A stretch of 59,082 nt of DNA, the filler included. It is 4 parts of 4 records of this genome, joined end to end, with 100 filler letters (N's around TTAATTAATTAA, not from the genome) between each part and the next. Parts side by side here need not be neighbours in the genome. Positions count along the whole stretch, not along the records: positions 1 to 18,824 come from SRR20825019_1097; 3 more parts are not named here. One strand, 5' to 3'. Position 1 is the first letter of the stretch. Every line of letters begins with the position of its first letter. Of this stretch, positions 1-12,597 are shown one piece after another. The translations under genes and the position numbers were made by a program. The notes beneath the pieces were generated by a model. That model made no database searches. It was not told the DNA's origin and saw only the letters and a program-made list of their open reading frames with translations.

Positions 1-3000
1 CAACAAAGATGTTCTCAAGGTACATCCACTGCTTCTGCACCTGAAGGAGGTACTCCACGGTCTCAGACACGTGGGCCAGAGTCTTCTCCCAGTGATTGAC
101 CTCCTCAGAGAAGGCAAGGTAAAACCGGGACGCCTTCATTGTAGAAAGACCGACCTGGTTGTCCTCGAGCGCCGAGAACACGTCCTCGGTTCCGCGGAGC
201 TTCGAGTGACCCTGATCCTTGTAGGGTACAATGTCGAGGGAGACAGTCTTCCAGTTTTCGGCGATCTTCTTCAGGCCTTCCTCGATCGCCAATTCCTTGT
301 TAGCAGAGTTGGCAAGCTGGGCAATGGTCTCCTCATATGCATCCAGGTTAAGGGACAACACCTTGTCCAAGGTGAAGTCCTCACCATCGGGATCAAAGCG
401 TTCGCCAATCTCACTCATCAGCTGCTCCCAGTGACGCTGGCGCATGGCACGGTTGCGGAGATCAGAGATAAGGGGCATGGTCTTCATGAACTTAGCGATA
501 GTCTCCTTCTGAGAACTCCACACGTTCCAGAGCTTGCACTCCTTGCCCAGGCGACCCACGCGCTTCTGGAAGCGGCCGGCCTGCTCCTCGAGGTCCGAGG
601 GCTCAAGCTTGCTGAACTTCGAGAACTTCCATGAGTTGTAGGATTCCTCCCACTCCTTCACTATCGTCCACATCTGATCGAGAAGATCCAATTCCTTCAC
701 TGTCGAAGCCTTCTCCTTGTAAGGGGGTTCGTCAATGTTGAAGATCTCAAGGCCTTGCTTCATCTGAGTCTGCTTACGGTTGAAGGCATCAATCTGCTTG
801 CGGTATCCGGAAATCTGCTTGAATGCCTCAGTGACGGAAACATCATTGTCATACGGGCCACGGAGCGTGAAGTCCTCGCGCATGGAGACAATTTCCTTCT
901 GGAAGTCTTCCAAGTTTGATTCAAGCTTCGTCTTAAAGTTGGACTTGGCTTTGTCGAGGTCCTTCTGTGTAGTATGCATCACCTCCTGGAACTCCTGCCA
1001 CTCGGTGGTAAGGGAGGCCAAGCGCTCCAGTTCCTCCTCCTTGACGTTCACTTCATATTTCTCCAACAGCTTGTACATCTCACTGAGAGGCTCGAAACGG
1101 TCCTCAGTCTTCTGCTTATCCTCCTGCAGCTTCTTGAGCAGGTTGACGCTCTTTCCCAGCATATCAAGATTTTCAACGCGCTCTTGAAGCTTGGTGCTGT
1201 TGGTGCGGAAGTACTCACGAATGCTGTGGAGCTCATTGACAGCATTGTTGTTGAGAAGGGTGGTGAACTTGTTCTGCCAGCCCGTGCAGTGGTTGACAAG
1301 AGCCTGCTTAAGGAGGGAGCAGTCAATCTTGTTGAAGTTAGTATTCGAGATGGTCTCCTCGTTCTGGATCTGATGGGCATTCTCCTTGTACTTGTTGATC
1401 TCCTGATCAAAGCTGTTAAGGGACCGGTTGGACTTGGCGTAACGGCGGATGAAAGCATCCTTGTCGAGATCCCAGATGTTCTTGTATTTATCCCACTTCT
1501 GGAGGTAGTTGTTCATGTTCTCCTGATTGGTGCTCATGCCGGTCATAATATGCACAAGAATCTTAAGGATATCCTCGTCATTGGAGATGATCTCGTAGAA
1601 GCTCTGCGTTTGCTGCATGGAGGCCTGCATGGACGCCTTGTCATCGTCCTGATTCAGTGAAACGCTCAGGCGAGGGATGACAGAAATAGTTGTGATGAGC
1701 TCCTTGGAGACAGAGTTGACCATGGTGGTCTGAGACATCATGCTGGGTTTGAAGTACACACCGTTGTTCTCCAACACCACGCAAACCTTGAAAATAGGGA
1801 CGACCTCGGTACGCTTATCACCAACGATAGCGCGGGAAATCTCCTGGAGGGACCTCTTGACTGTCTGACGCAGACTGTCCTCAACCATCTTGTCCACCTT
1901 CTCGACGTAGGTGCGCCACTCCCTGCGAATCTCGTCTCCGTCGTTGCGGAACACATCATACTGCTCCTGCATGGTACTCTTGATGGTCTCATGCATGCTC
2001 TGCAGGCGCTTGCGGGCATCCTCGCGGTGCTCCTCCTGGCGGCGCTCAAACTCGCCCTCATCATACACCTTCTTCTTCTCAATGCGCACCAACAACATGT
2101 TGCCGAGCTGACGGCACGTGCGCAGAATAAGCTCGTGCGAGTTCTTGAAGTCGCTGGTGAGGCGCTGGAGCTCCCTGGCATGCTTCCGCCAGTCGGTGAT
2201 GTAGTACTCGACAACACCTTTGGAGGACCACATGAGCTTTGTCAAACCAGGGTAGATCTTACGGTCAAGCTGGTGCACGCGCTGGCTGAAGAGACGGCGC
2301 TCTTCCTGGGTCAGGCTCTCCAAGATGGAGTTGTACTCGCGAACAAAGAGCACCACATTCTCCCGCATAATACGGAGCTTCTCCCGCTGCTGGTAAATGT
2401 CAGAGACAGAGTAAGGGACCTCGTAGTGGAGCTTTTCCCAGTAGTGCATCTCCTGGAACAAGCGGAGGAAGTCCTTGGAGAAGTTGACCTCGAGGAGGTT
2501 CCCCTCGCCACGGGTCATCAGGAACTGCTCCAGCTTGCGGCCGATGGATGTGTCGATGGAGTTCACCCAGTTAGTGTGTGTGGTGTTGATGTACTCATTT
2601 AGCACTGTCACCAAAGAATCGTGGAGGTGAGCCGAGTCATCAGCCTCCTTGACGTTGCCGGGCAAGTAGTGGCGGGCATTCTCAAGGAGCTTGTATGGTC
2701 CCTCGATGGACTCGAGCATGGCCTTGGCCCAGTACGCGCAACCGGCGGAGTAAGGGTGCTCACGGAAGATGGGAGGGTTCTTCTTCATGGTATCGAACTC
2801 CTTCTTGATTGCCATGAGGTCATTCAGGTATGTGCCGTACACATAAGCAGTCTGCTTCTCTACAGATCGCTTGATGGACTCACGCTTGGCCAGGTGCTGG
2901 AACGCCTCGAGGAGCTCCACGCCGTGCGCCACGGTGGACACAGATTCAAACGCAGTATTGATGGTGTTCTGCATCATCACCTCCAGATCCTTAATGCCAC

Positions 3001-4572
3001 TCTTGAATGTGTTGAAGTCATCGTGCCACTTTGGCGCCTTCACATCAAGAATGTCGTATTCAAGGGAACGCAGTGTGTGGATCTGCTTGCGGAACGAGTT
3101 CTCAATCTCTAGGAGGGACTTTGCGATCTCAGGACCACGCGTGCCTCCGAATGCCGGCAGACGGGCCTTCTCACCGGGAGCAGTCTCGGCAGACTTCCGG
3201 GCGAACTGGATCTGGCCCTCGCACACTTCCAGAAGATCCTTGCAGCGCTGGACGAAGGCATCGATCTGAGCAAAGATGGAAGACTCGTCAAAGTCCCACT
3301 TGCGGACGGAGCGGGCCGCCAGAGCATCGACCGTGCGTTTGTATATGGCCTTCCACGAGTCACCGGCACTGATGCTCTCCTGCAGAGTGTTCATGATGGC
3401 CTCGACATCTCCATCCCACACCTCCTCCAATGAGATGGCTGCACGGCACCTGTGAATAATCTCGTTCGAAATCTTACGAAGGAGACCAGTCATATCCTCG
3501 GGCCTGTTGTAATAGCGAGAAAGACCCCAGATCATGCGAGCACAATTAAGGAGTTTCGGGAGCAGAGCCGGGATATCCTTGGGATGGGCGGCAGCAAGCT
3601 CTGTGCATGGCTCCTGGAGCGTTTCCAAAAACTTCAAGTTATCGTTTGCCTTGCGGGTCTCATCGTTGATCTTGGTGGACAGGCTCAGGAAAGGCTGAAG
3701 GTAAGAAGACTTGTCCAGGACAGCGACAATCTGCTGAACACCTTCGCGGTTGATCTGCTCGCTCACGCCACTAAGATCAACAGCGCGAGACTTCCAAAAC
3801 TGAATCTCCGCCAAGGGACCAGAGTCTTCGGCGTGCTCAGAGTTGTCCTGCTGGTTCAGCACCTCCTTGATCTGCCTGGTCCAGTGAATCAAGGTGGACT
3901 CCAACCGCTGCATGAGATCCTTTTCCTTTGAGGCCTTCTCGGGATCTGAAAGGTCCTCGTTGGGAATATACAGCACTGTTTGTCCCTTAGCCTCATAGGC
4001 ACTCTCTGTAAGACTGGCCATGAACTTGTGCATCTGCGCGATGAAGTCCTTCTTGATGGAGTCGGGCCACGTCTGGTTAGCGAGGAAAATGGGCACATAG
4101 ACACCAGACATCAGGCGGAGCAAAGACTCCATGGCCTTTCCCTTCAAGACACCATACTGTACCACACGCGCAATGGACTCAACTGACACCAAGGAGTTGG
4201 CTTCCTTGACAAAAAACTGGAGCTCTTTGTTGTCCAGCTGCTTCTCGCTTGGCACGTTGGCACTGCAGTGCAGGGCAAGGTTCTCTTTCTTCTTCAGGTC
4301 GCCAGTGACCCAGAATACCATACGCCGGCTCTGGGGCTGCGTGATGAACTCCTACAAAAGAAACACGTCAGTTGTTTTCACTGTACACCTCGGACTTTCC
4401 TCACCTGGGAGGTGACGGTCATCTCTTCAGTCCACAAGTCATGGCTATAACCGGGCACAGTGATACGATCCTTAATCCACTCAATGCAAGCCGGGTCAGC
4501 TTCCTCCAATACTAAATCTTCCTCGTGGGATACCCCACTGGAGTTAGAGTTTTTGCGCTCAAGGGAACCCAT
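1..4572 (-). CDS. DNAH2: Axonemal dynein heavy chain, DNAH2/inner-arm I1-beta type (5' part, runs off the window); exon 1 4572-4405, intron 4404-4352, exon 2 4351-1
   Basis: The minus strand near position 1 translates to KASRFYLAFSEEVNHWEKTLAHVSETVEYLLQVQKQWMYLENIFV, the DHC linker (N2) signature. A 53-nt GTGAGG...CTGAC...TAG intron joins MGSLERK... in phase to EFITQPQ..., in the same frame as the window edge. The ORF track misses it because the frame has no stop before the edge. Confidence 0.9.
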
Positions 4573-5760
4573 ATCGTTTAACGGGAACCAAAGGCTTGCA
4601 GTCCTCAAGCCGGCAAAGGAAGCATATATCAAAGTACTAACGTGGAGTGACTTGGGTTGATTCTTGGTGCCAACCCCGTGTGGAACAACATCAACGTGCA
4701 TTCGACAGTACGAGCTGGTGGCGTAGAGTGCCGATACGAGAGTAGCGTGGAGAGCCCAGGCCGGTCCACTGATGAGTAAGGGCCAGTGACGTGACCACAC
4801 CTCAGGTCTGGGCCCGTTCCGGTGCTCCTCCCCGTGGCCACGAGTTCACGCCGGGGGGGCAACTCCAGCGGCCGCGCCGGAGGCGCGAACAAGGCGTCCG
4901 GGCGACGCTGAACGCCCGACCGCAGCGATTATCATGGCCAGCGAAACCAAAACAACAGGTACCGGCACCCTGACCTGTGACGACCGTCCGTTGCGTGCCG
5001 CCAAGCGCTCAGCCCGTTGCCGAACCGCAATTGCAAGCAGGCCTGCTCGGGCAGATTAGCGTTTTTCGCACTGGTCGATAAGTGCGACCTCGCATGGCGG
5101 AAGCTTCATCCTTTCCGGAGGATTGTGAGCAAATTTGCGGCTGGTCGTGGTCCGTGGGGAGGGCGCCTCTAGTTAAGGGACGCATTCAAATTCACAACAT
5201 CCGTTATATAGAGGTTTCACTAGACGAACAACGAAAGAGCCGTCTGGAATTCAAAATTCACCAAGACGGCCATGGGGTCACACGTCAGCGGCCCTGATCA
5301 AGTGGGCGCGGCAGTGTAACGAATGTGGGTTGGCCCGCCGCCCGTTGCCGTTGCCGCGCCACCGGTGTCAGCTCACGGAGCACGCCCGCTGGGCTCGTTT
5401 CAGTTGTGCGAGCGCTGCTGGTTAGCGGGTACTTGGCCCCCTTGTGTTCACTACACTGACACGCCCAGCAGTCTTGTCACCAAGAGAAACCGCCTGCAAC
5501 CAAGGAAGGACCGGGAGCGTGCAAGGCTTGGCTTTGAGGCCGGCAAGGACTCTTTCATGGGCTGACTCTCGGAGCTGAGGGGACAGGCCATGGCTTGGTG
5601 CAAAGCCGATGATGGCGGGACGGCAAACTCGCTTGGTGGTTTGTTCGGCTCCCTGGGATCCGGGCAAGAACCAGTAGATATATTTGCTTCGCAACAGGCA
5701 CTAGGAAGTGCGCTCAAACGGGGGGGAATAGAGCAGTCCAAGTATTTCTAGTGGATAGAA

Positions 5761-6225
5761 ATGGCACAGCAGGGAGCAACACTTCAGAACTACAACAATG
5801 AGTTGGTAAAATGCACAGAGGACTTGCGCGAGAAGCGTGAAGAAATCAATAGGCAAATCCAGAAGGAAGAGGAGGAAAAGGCAAAAATTCAGAACGATCT
5901 TCGCATCCTGACGGAACGGTTGTCGCGTATTAATGAGAGCTTGGTATGTTATTCTGGCCGTCTTGGTGTTCTTGGATATTTGCGCTTGGTGTTCGGTACA
6001 TTATTGTTCAGGTTGCAGCTCCTGATGTGGTTGGTCTTCGGTTTATTTGGCTGCTTCTAACGGTTGCCCCAGGCCCGGAAGTGCGCTTCCCGAAACGAGT
6101 ATGACAAGACTATTCAGGAGACTGAGGCGGCATACATGAAGATTTTGGAGTCCTCGCAGACACTGCTGCATGTGCTCAAGCGTGAGAGTGTGAATCTGGT
6201 CAAGAAGAAGCAGGCCTCCTCTTAG
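5761..6225 (+). CDS. SSNA1: SSNA1/NA14/DIP13 microtubule-binding coiled-coil protein, 111 aa; exons 5761-5943 and 6073-6225
   Basis: [18 protein letters not shown]... splices across GTATGT...CTAAC...CAG to [38 protein letters not shown], the conserved DIP13/SSNA1 sequence. Confidence 0.93.
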
Positions 6226-6422
6226 ACACGCAGTCGTTGTAAAAAATAGAAACACCATCGGGATGAGTGGACCGGGCTGTGGTTGGGTGGAGGGGTCTGC
6301 AACTAGGATGTTGAACACGGGGGGTACACTTGCCACAAAGTTTATGAGGAAAATTCTTGTGTGGCGTCAACGCTACAGGGCGCGTGTTGATCACTTAAAT
6401 CGTCGCCATATCGGAATATGCA

Positions 6423-7258
6423 CTATTGAATGTAGCGGTCAAGGAAACGTTTGTGGAAGTCGTTACGGATGGTGTCGTTGATGAACCTCTTCTTCTGCTT
6501 GGGTTCGTCACGGGCCTGATTCTTGAACACGACATCATCATCCCACCGGCGCTTAACCTGGAAGGTGGAAGGGCCGTCGTCGTTTAGGAGCGGATTTCCC
6601 CTCAATACCGCCTCCTCCTGCTTTTTTGCTTCGAGCACTGCGGCTTCCTTCTCCTTCCTTGCGGCCTCTTCAGCCCTTTCCTTCTTAATCCGTTCCAACT
6701 CCCTCATAAGTTCCAAAGTGTCATCCTCCTCATCGTCACTCGAGTCGCTGTCATCATCGTCGTCACTCTTATCCTTTTCCTCCTCGGCTTTGCCGCTGAA
6801 GTCGTCACTATCTGAGTCTTCAGCATCCGCATCCGGGTCAACTGTACAGATCTTCCGTAAGGGTGGTGTAGTTACAAAGAACACAAAACTTACCTTCCAC
6901 ACGCGACGACTTGGCACCTTCTATTTGTGCTCTCTCCTCGTTGGCGTCCTCATCGGCATCTTCATCCCTCCTGAACAAATAAGTGCCATCAGTGGAGCCC
7001 CACAAACAATCTAACCTATGTCACCCACAATTTTCCCCTTTTCCTCATAGCTTCCCGCTCCCGACGGATGAGTTCAGCCTTCAAGTCCACCTGCTCGAGT
7101 TCGTCACGGGTGCCCTGTCCCGGCTGACGCAACTTCAGGTTGAGATGGCTTGGTTGATCCTTCGAGGACACCATCTTGCTGGGGTCTGAACGTTGAACGT
7201 GCCCTCCATCCTCTCCGCCAATTGCGGGATTCCATGTTGGCCTATGAGCTGTTGTCAT
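6423..7258 (-). CDS. CWC15: Spliceosome protein CWC15; exons 7258-7029, 6970-6894, 6841-6423
   Basis: N-terminal MTTAHRPTW and C-terminal [15 protein letters not shown]...[15 protein letters not shown] motifs. Two GT-AG introns (58 and 52 nt) restore one frame. Confidence 0.95.
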
Positions 7259-8070
7259 ATTGAGCTGCTTCCTCGAGAATCCACCCCATGGTTAGATAAA
7301 GCTTGGAAGTTTGGCTGTAAAACTTTTGATGAGTTTCACCTGAATAGGGGCCAAGGGGTACACCCGAGGCCGTGTCGGCGTGGGCCTTGGGCGGAATGGA
7401 GCAAGATACACGTCGCCAGCCGCAAGCGCTTCTTGGTTGGCCCCCGGGCCACACGCCTGGTAGCGAACGGCTAAGGCGCTGAATAGGCTGACCGGCGGCC
7501 CCGTGCCGCGGCCCCGTCGCCACTACCCTTCAGACGACCGGACAGGCGGGACGCCGGTGGCCCCGGCATCGCGTGCCGGGGCAGCCGGCCCGATGCATGG
7601 CCGGCACGGCAATGCAGACGAGCGGCGAGCTGGCCGCCGGTGCCGGCGCGGCGCCACGCGGCGCCCGGTCGCGCCGGCGGCAGCGCCGGGGCGCGTCCGG
7701 CCCACCCGGCCGGCCGTCAGCTGGCTCGCCCGCCGGGCTCCGTGAGTCAGGAGTCGACACCAGGCTCCACCATTCGGAATCCATACATTCCCAATCGGGA
7801 TCATTGATGAATTAAAGCACAAGATTGGTTCACTCCGATCAGTCCGCCGCCGGCACGGCCCGCGCCAGCCGGGGCCGGCTCGGAGCCGGAACCTTCGCGA
7901 TGCTGACTCGCCGCCGATCGTGCCGCCTGAGTCCCGCCTCCCGGGTTGGGCGGCCCCTTTCACGGTTGGGCCGGCTCCCGAGTCACGACGAGTGTGGTGG
8001 TCTGCTGCCCCCTCGGCACCCGTGCGTATAAATATCTCCTTAGCAGCTTCAGCGTTTCGGGATAAACAAA

Positions 8071-9419
8071 ATGCCGCGTGTCCGTGCCCTCGTCGCGGGC
8101 CTCTTTGTGCTGGTGTACATCGCAGGGATCCGCGCGGCTGAGCCTTTAGAAGAGTCCAGTGACAGTGCAATCCCGGACTTTGAGCCTGAAGATGACTGGA
8201 AAATAATCAAAGAAGGTCAGAAAATTCCTGGAGGTTTAGACGTCCGCATAAACATGTCCACGGGGGTGAAGGAAGCCCGGTTACTCCGCCCTGAGTCAAC
8301 TGACCATACCGACCACCAGCGGTTGGTGGTCAAGGAAGCGCCCGCCGAGAAGGATAGCCAGCTACGGCCACAAGCCCCGACGAACCCTCCTTCGGAAGTT
8401 GACGAGCCTGGAACGGGGCTGGGGTCTCTCACTGACCTGATGAACTGGGCCATGCGGAATACTGGCGCCGAAGGGTCGGGTGACCAGGCGGAGGAGAAAC
8501 CGGAAGGGCACACACCCATGACCCCAGAGGAGATGCTGGAGCTAGTCCATGAGGTCATGCCTAGCGATTTTGACTCTATGAAGAGATTCCTAGCCATCGC
8601 CCGCAACGACTCCGGTAAGGAGACTGTCGAGGCTCGCATCCAGGCATTGGACGATATAGATTTCCTGCTTCACCAAATCGACAACGCCAACGACTTCGAG
8701 AAGATGAAGGGGCTCTCTGCCTTAGTAGCCATGGTGGGCGAGCCTGACGTTCGTGTGGTGGAGTCCGCGTGTATGGCGTTGGGGACAGCGATGCAGAATA
8801 ACGAGAACGTGCAGGAACAGGCAATGGGCCTTGACGCCGTGGAAGCGCTCTTGTGGTCACTGAGGTACGTATGAATGCGCTCCTTTTTATAAACATGGCT
8901 GCTGACTGCCCTTGTAGGAGAGATGATGTGAATGCCGACGCGAAGTCTCAAGCTGCAGTGCTATATGCCATTTCCTCTATGATTCGTTCTTATTCCCCTG
9001 CTGAAGATCAGTTTGCGGGGCTAGGAGGATATGCTGATATTGGTCTTCTGATGGATAGCGATAGAAACAAGGTGGCTCGCAAATGTGTGAATCTCGTATC
9101 CGACCTCTTTGCACACCCTAACCACACTGGAATCGAAAAAGAGATCCGGGACCATGACATTTGCCGACGTCTTCCCCCTCTGCTGGGTCGGCAGGACACA
9201 GACCTTGTTGAGTCTACCTTGGACACCATGGAGATTCTCAAGGACCTCTGTGGGAACTCTCTGACAGCCGGCTCAGAAGGTGTAAGTGATGCGATTAGCG
9301 CGCTTGATGAACATTTGGAGGCGGAGCTGGCTTCCAGTGAAAGCACGGATCACAGCGAATATCTGCGGGAGCTGCAGCAGCGCGCCCACGCTATCGTGGG
9401 GGACGTGCAGGTGGTCTAG
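8071..9419 (+). CDS. SIL1: SIL1-like ER Hsp70 (BiP) nucleotide exchange factor; intron 8865-8917
   Basis: Hydrophobic signal peptide, SIL1 motif GQKIPGGLDVRINMSTGVKEARL, and Fes1/ARM region (HQIDNANDF, LGTAMQNNENVQ, LYAISSMIR). Confidence 0.85.
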
Positions 9420-9642
9420 GTTGACGCGTCCTAGTCACATTTCCTGGTGATGTCAACACGGCTTAGACACTGCCAAGCCACTCATGTGTGTACGTAGATG
9501 TGCGGGTGTGACATGGTTCACCAATACAATAAACAAACCCTGGTCCTGTTGAGGAAACGCGCCGAATTTATTGCTTTGGGAGCGGCACCCACCCGTCGGG
9601 CGTGGGTAGTCAGACATCATAGTCCAAGTTCTGTTGATTCAG

Positions 9643-11745
9643 TCACAATATTGTCTCGAATGGAGAATAGTCTGACGCTGCACGATCGCCCTGCCCCTCA
9701 AACTCTTCGATGGCTACCCGTATCGTATTCTCAACTAACTTGGGGAGGAGGCGCAACAGCTTGGGCGAGTCCGTATGCAGCGCCGGATTCGTATTCACCT
9801 CAATGAGCCACACCTTCAGATTAGTGTCCACCATGAAGTCACACCCTAGGAGGTCAAAGTATCCCTTCCGCCTCTCCAGTTTGTCACGGGCTGCCTCGAA
9901 TACTGCCTTCATTATGCCCTTCATTTGGCCAGTGAGCGATCCGGACACAAAGCCTTGAGGAGCGAGGCCATTGCCCACGAGGTACTCCTCGAGCTCGTCA
10001 AATGTCCAAATGAAAGATTTCGCGTACCGGGACTTATCCTCGTGTGTTTTCTGGATGGCGGCATTGGTCAGGTGAACATACACGTCATCGAACCTCCCGT
10101 CGGCACAGTATTCCTCAAGAGACACTCGGAGATACCCCTCATGGTACAGCACCACGTATGGCGTGGTATTAGCAATAAACATGTAGGCGCGGATATCGAA
10201 TTTCCGTCCTTCCAGGAGAAGTGGGTTGCGAATGTACCTCTGGACGAGTCTCTTCGACAGCCGGCGAGTCTCTTCTCGGCTTGGCGCACCTTCTGAATCG
10301 GCCCTCTTACTCAGCAATGCTAGCTCCTCCTTGAGGACTTCAGGGTCATCAACTACCCGAATTCCCCGCCCCCTGTTCCCTTCCGATGGCTTCACGATCC
10401 ACACGGCATCATTGTCATGGCCAAGTGCATCATAGAGGTCCACACGGTCCTTAGGGAGGTCCAAGTTGTATGACTGGGGGAAGAACCCGTGGCCTCGACC
10501 CGTGGAGTCAATGCACTCACCCCCGGCCTCGCGCAGTGTCTCCAGGAGGCCCGTCTTGGTGGTGATGACCGTGTTGTTGGGGATGTGATTCACTAGTTGT
10601 TCGCCCTCCCGGAACCTTGAGTAGTCTATTTGGGACCGCAGCTCCACCCATCTCAAGTCGTATTCTGTTGTGAATGAGTGCTGGTGCGGAATCTGAGCCC
10701 AGCCAAGTTTGGTGAGAGCGTCAGCGACTATCCTCCAGTTGTTGCCTTTTCCCACGTAAAAGCGCCTCCGCCCATCTTGTTCACGAGCACCTCCCAGGTC
10801 CGAGATGTCAGCTTGGCAGCAATCCGGATCCGCCTCGGAGGAGAAGATGGACTTTTCGTCCGGAAGCCATGCGATGTCACTGCGCTGCCACGTGTGCTCG
10901 GCGCAGTGGGAGCGAAGCACTCCGTCAAGCCAGGTGTCTATGGACTTGAAGTGGTAACTGTGAACTTGATACGACTTCGCCTCAAACTTGTACGAGTCCC
11001 AAAACTGGACCACTCCCTTCTGCCACCTGGCCCCAATCGTCTCTTCCCCGGACTGCCCTCCGGTGAATATTTCCACGTGGACAATATCATGTCGTTGCGG
11101 TTTAGAGTTTTCATTGTAATATGTTCCCTTGATGAAAACGAGATCGCCGGGCTGGGCATCCTCGAAGGGAATCTCACAGGGAAGGGTGTCCCACTGGTAA
11201 GCCTGGTTCCATCTTGCAAGTGAGAACCCGAAATCTTCCTTCATGTCGCTCACACACTGCCTCACTAACGCGCAGCAGTCAAGGTACAGCGGTGCGCCAA
11301 AGTGCTCGTCCCCGGGTTCGTGGTACCTTTGGTGATATGGGACACCGAAGTAGCTCTTGGCCGTCTCAATGAACTTTCGACGTAGCGCCATTCGATCCCT
11401 ACTCTCCATGGTTTCCCCCCTTTTCTTCTGCAGGTGCAACCTGTTGCGCATTTCCTGTTGTCGCTGCCTCTTAAATCTCAAGAAACGGTCCTGAAGTGTG
11501 CCCTCGTCGCTGTGGCAGTTGAACTCCAGTTTCTCTCCCTTGCGAGGTTGTGCCACCACGACTTGGTCATGGGAAGCGTCTGCGACGGCATGCCTCACTA
11601 TGCTATCACAGAGGGACTGCACCTGGCCAGTCCATTCACTACTGGGCCCCTCGTAACTCGTTTCGATGGTCATCTGCTCGTACTTCTGCACTGTGACACC
11701 ATGCAACTGGACCTCATATTTATAGTGGGGAGGGGGGGGGGTCAA
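9643..11745 (-). CDS. TTLL10: Fusion of an N-terminal NlpC/P60-like cysteine peptidase domain with a C-terminal TTLL10-type tubulin polyglycylase (start codon uncertain)
   Basis: Uninterrupted 700-aa ORF. C-terminal TTL motifs typical of TTLL10: FREGEQL, YIRNPLLLEGRKFDIR, HLTN, GYFDLLGCDF...EVNTNPALHT. N-terminal AKSYFGVPY, LDCCALV, PGDLVF, HVEIF follow the NlpC/P60 pattern. Confidence 0.85.
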   Translation of the reverse strand: MTPPPPHYKYEVQLHGVTVQKYEQMTIETSYEGPSSEWTGQVQSLCDSIVRHAVADASHDQVVVAQPRKGEKLEFNCHSDEGTLQDRFLRFKRQRQQEMRNRLHLQKKRGETMESRDRMALRRKFIETAKSYFGVPYHQRYHEPGDEHFGAPLYLDCCALVRQCVSDMKEDFGFSLARWNQAYQWDTLPCEIPFEDAQPGDLVFIKGTYYNENSKPQRHDIVHVEIFTGGQSGEETIGARWQKGVVQFWDSYKFEAKSYQVHSYHFKSIDTWLDGVLRSHCAEHTWQRSDIAWLPDEKSIFSSEADPDCCQADISDLGGAREQDGRRRFYVGKGNNWRIVADALTKLGWAQIPHQHSFTTEYDLRWVELRSQIDYSRFREGEQLVNHIPNNTVITTKTGLLETLREAGGECIDSTGRGHGFFPQSYNLDLPKDRVDLYDALGHDNDAVWIVKPSEGNRGRGIRVVDDPEVLKEELALLSKRADSEGAPSREETRRLSKRLVQRYIRNPLLLEGRKFDIRAYMFIANTTPYVVLYHEGYLRVSLEEYCADGRFDDVYVHLTNAAIQKTHEDKSRYAKSFIWTFDELEEYLVGNGLAPQGFVSGSLTGQMKGIMKAVFEAARDKLERRKGYFDLLGCDFMVDTNLKVWLIEVNTNPALHTDSPKLLRLLPKLVENTIRVAIEEFEGQGDRAASDYSPFETIL

Positions 11746-12597
11746 GTGAGCGGTCCGGGCACACCGGCCGCGGGGCTACGGTTAAGTTGCGCGGCCCGCG
11801 TTCTGCCCGCCCAGCACTCATGTGGTGCCGGCAAAAATGACCAAGAAACCGAGGACACCCCGGCGAGGGGACTCGAGTGCATCCGTCGGATCACGGTCTG
11901 TTCAAAGTCGCCCCCGACGGCATGCCATTCCGGGGAGCGCCGCGGCGGGCCCCGCTTCGCGGTTCCCGGCCGGGGACAGGATCGACCGGCGGTGACGCCG
12001 CCCGGCGCGCCCGGCCCGGGGTCCGCGGCAGGTCACCGGAACTCAGTCAAACGGGACTGTTGAGTGTGGGAAAGTTCACACTCAAGGCAATCAAATTTTC
12101 AACTAGAGAGGCCCGCCAGCCCACCCTCAAGTCCGACCCAGTGTGGCCGCCTGCCTGAACCGTGGCCCCCCAAGTGGGGGGCGTTCGCGGTGGCTTCCGT
12201 GGCGGGCCACCGCCTGATCCGGGAGTCATCTGAGTGGCGAGTGCCGGTAGCCGGCGAGCGGCCGGCGCGACGAGCCGGCCCGCGGCTCCGCGCCGGCGCC
12301 GGTGTCCGTGAAGCCGGGTCGTCGCGGCCGCGCGCGCCGGCCCGGCGGCGCCCGCCACCGAGTCGAGTCGATGCGTGACGCAGGGCCGGCCGCGGGGCCA
12401 CCTCAGCATCACGTCCGCCCCGCCTCCAGAGCCGCTCCCGGCCGTGCCGGTTGCCCGCCGGCCGGCCGGCACGCCAGCCCAGCCCCAGGCCCAGTCAGGG
12501 GAGTACCGCCGGCCTGGCCTCAACTATATGAGCAGTCTTCCCTCTAGCAGTCTTCGCCTATCAGCACCCATGCTCGCGAGGTAGCCTGGCAAGAGCA

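Noticed and set aside
71-4415. Many long plus-strand ORFs
   Set aside because: Antisense shadows of the dynein heavy-chain exon; no recognisable motifs.
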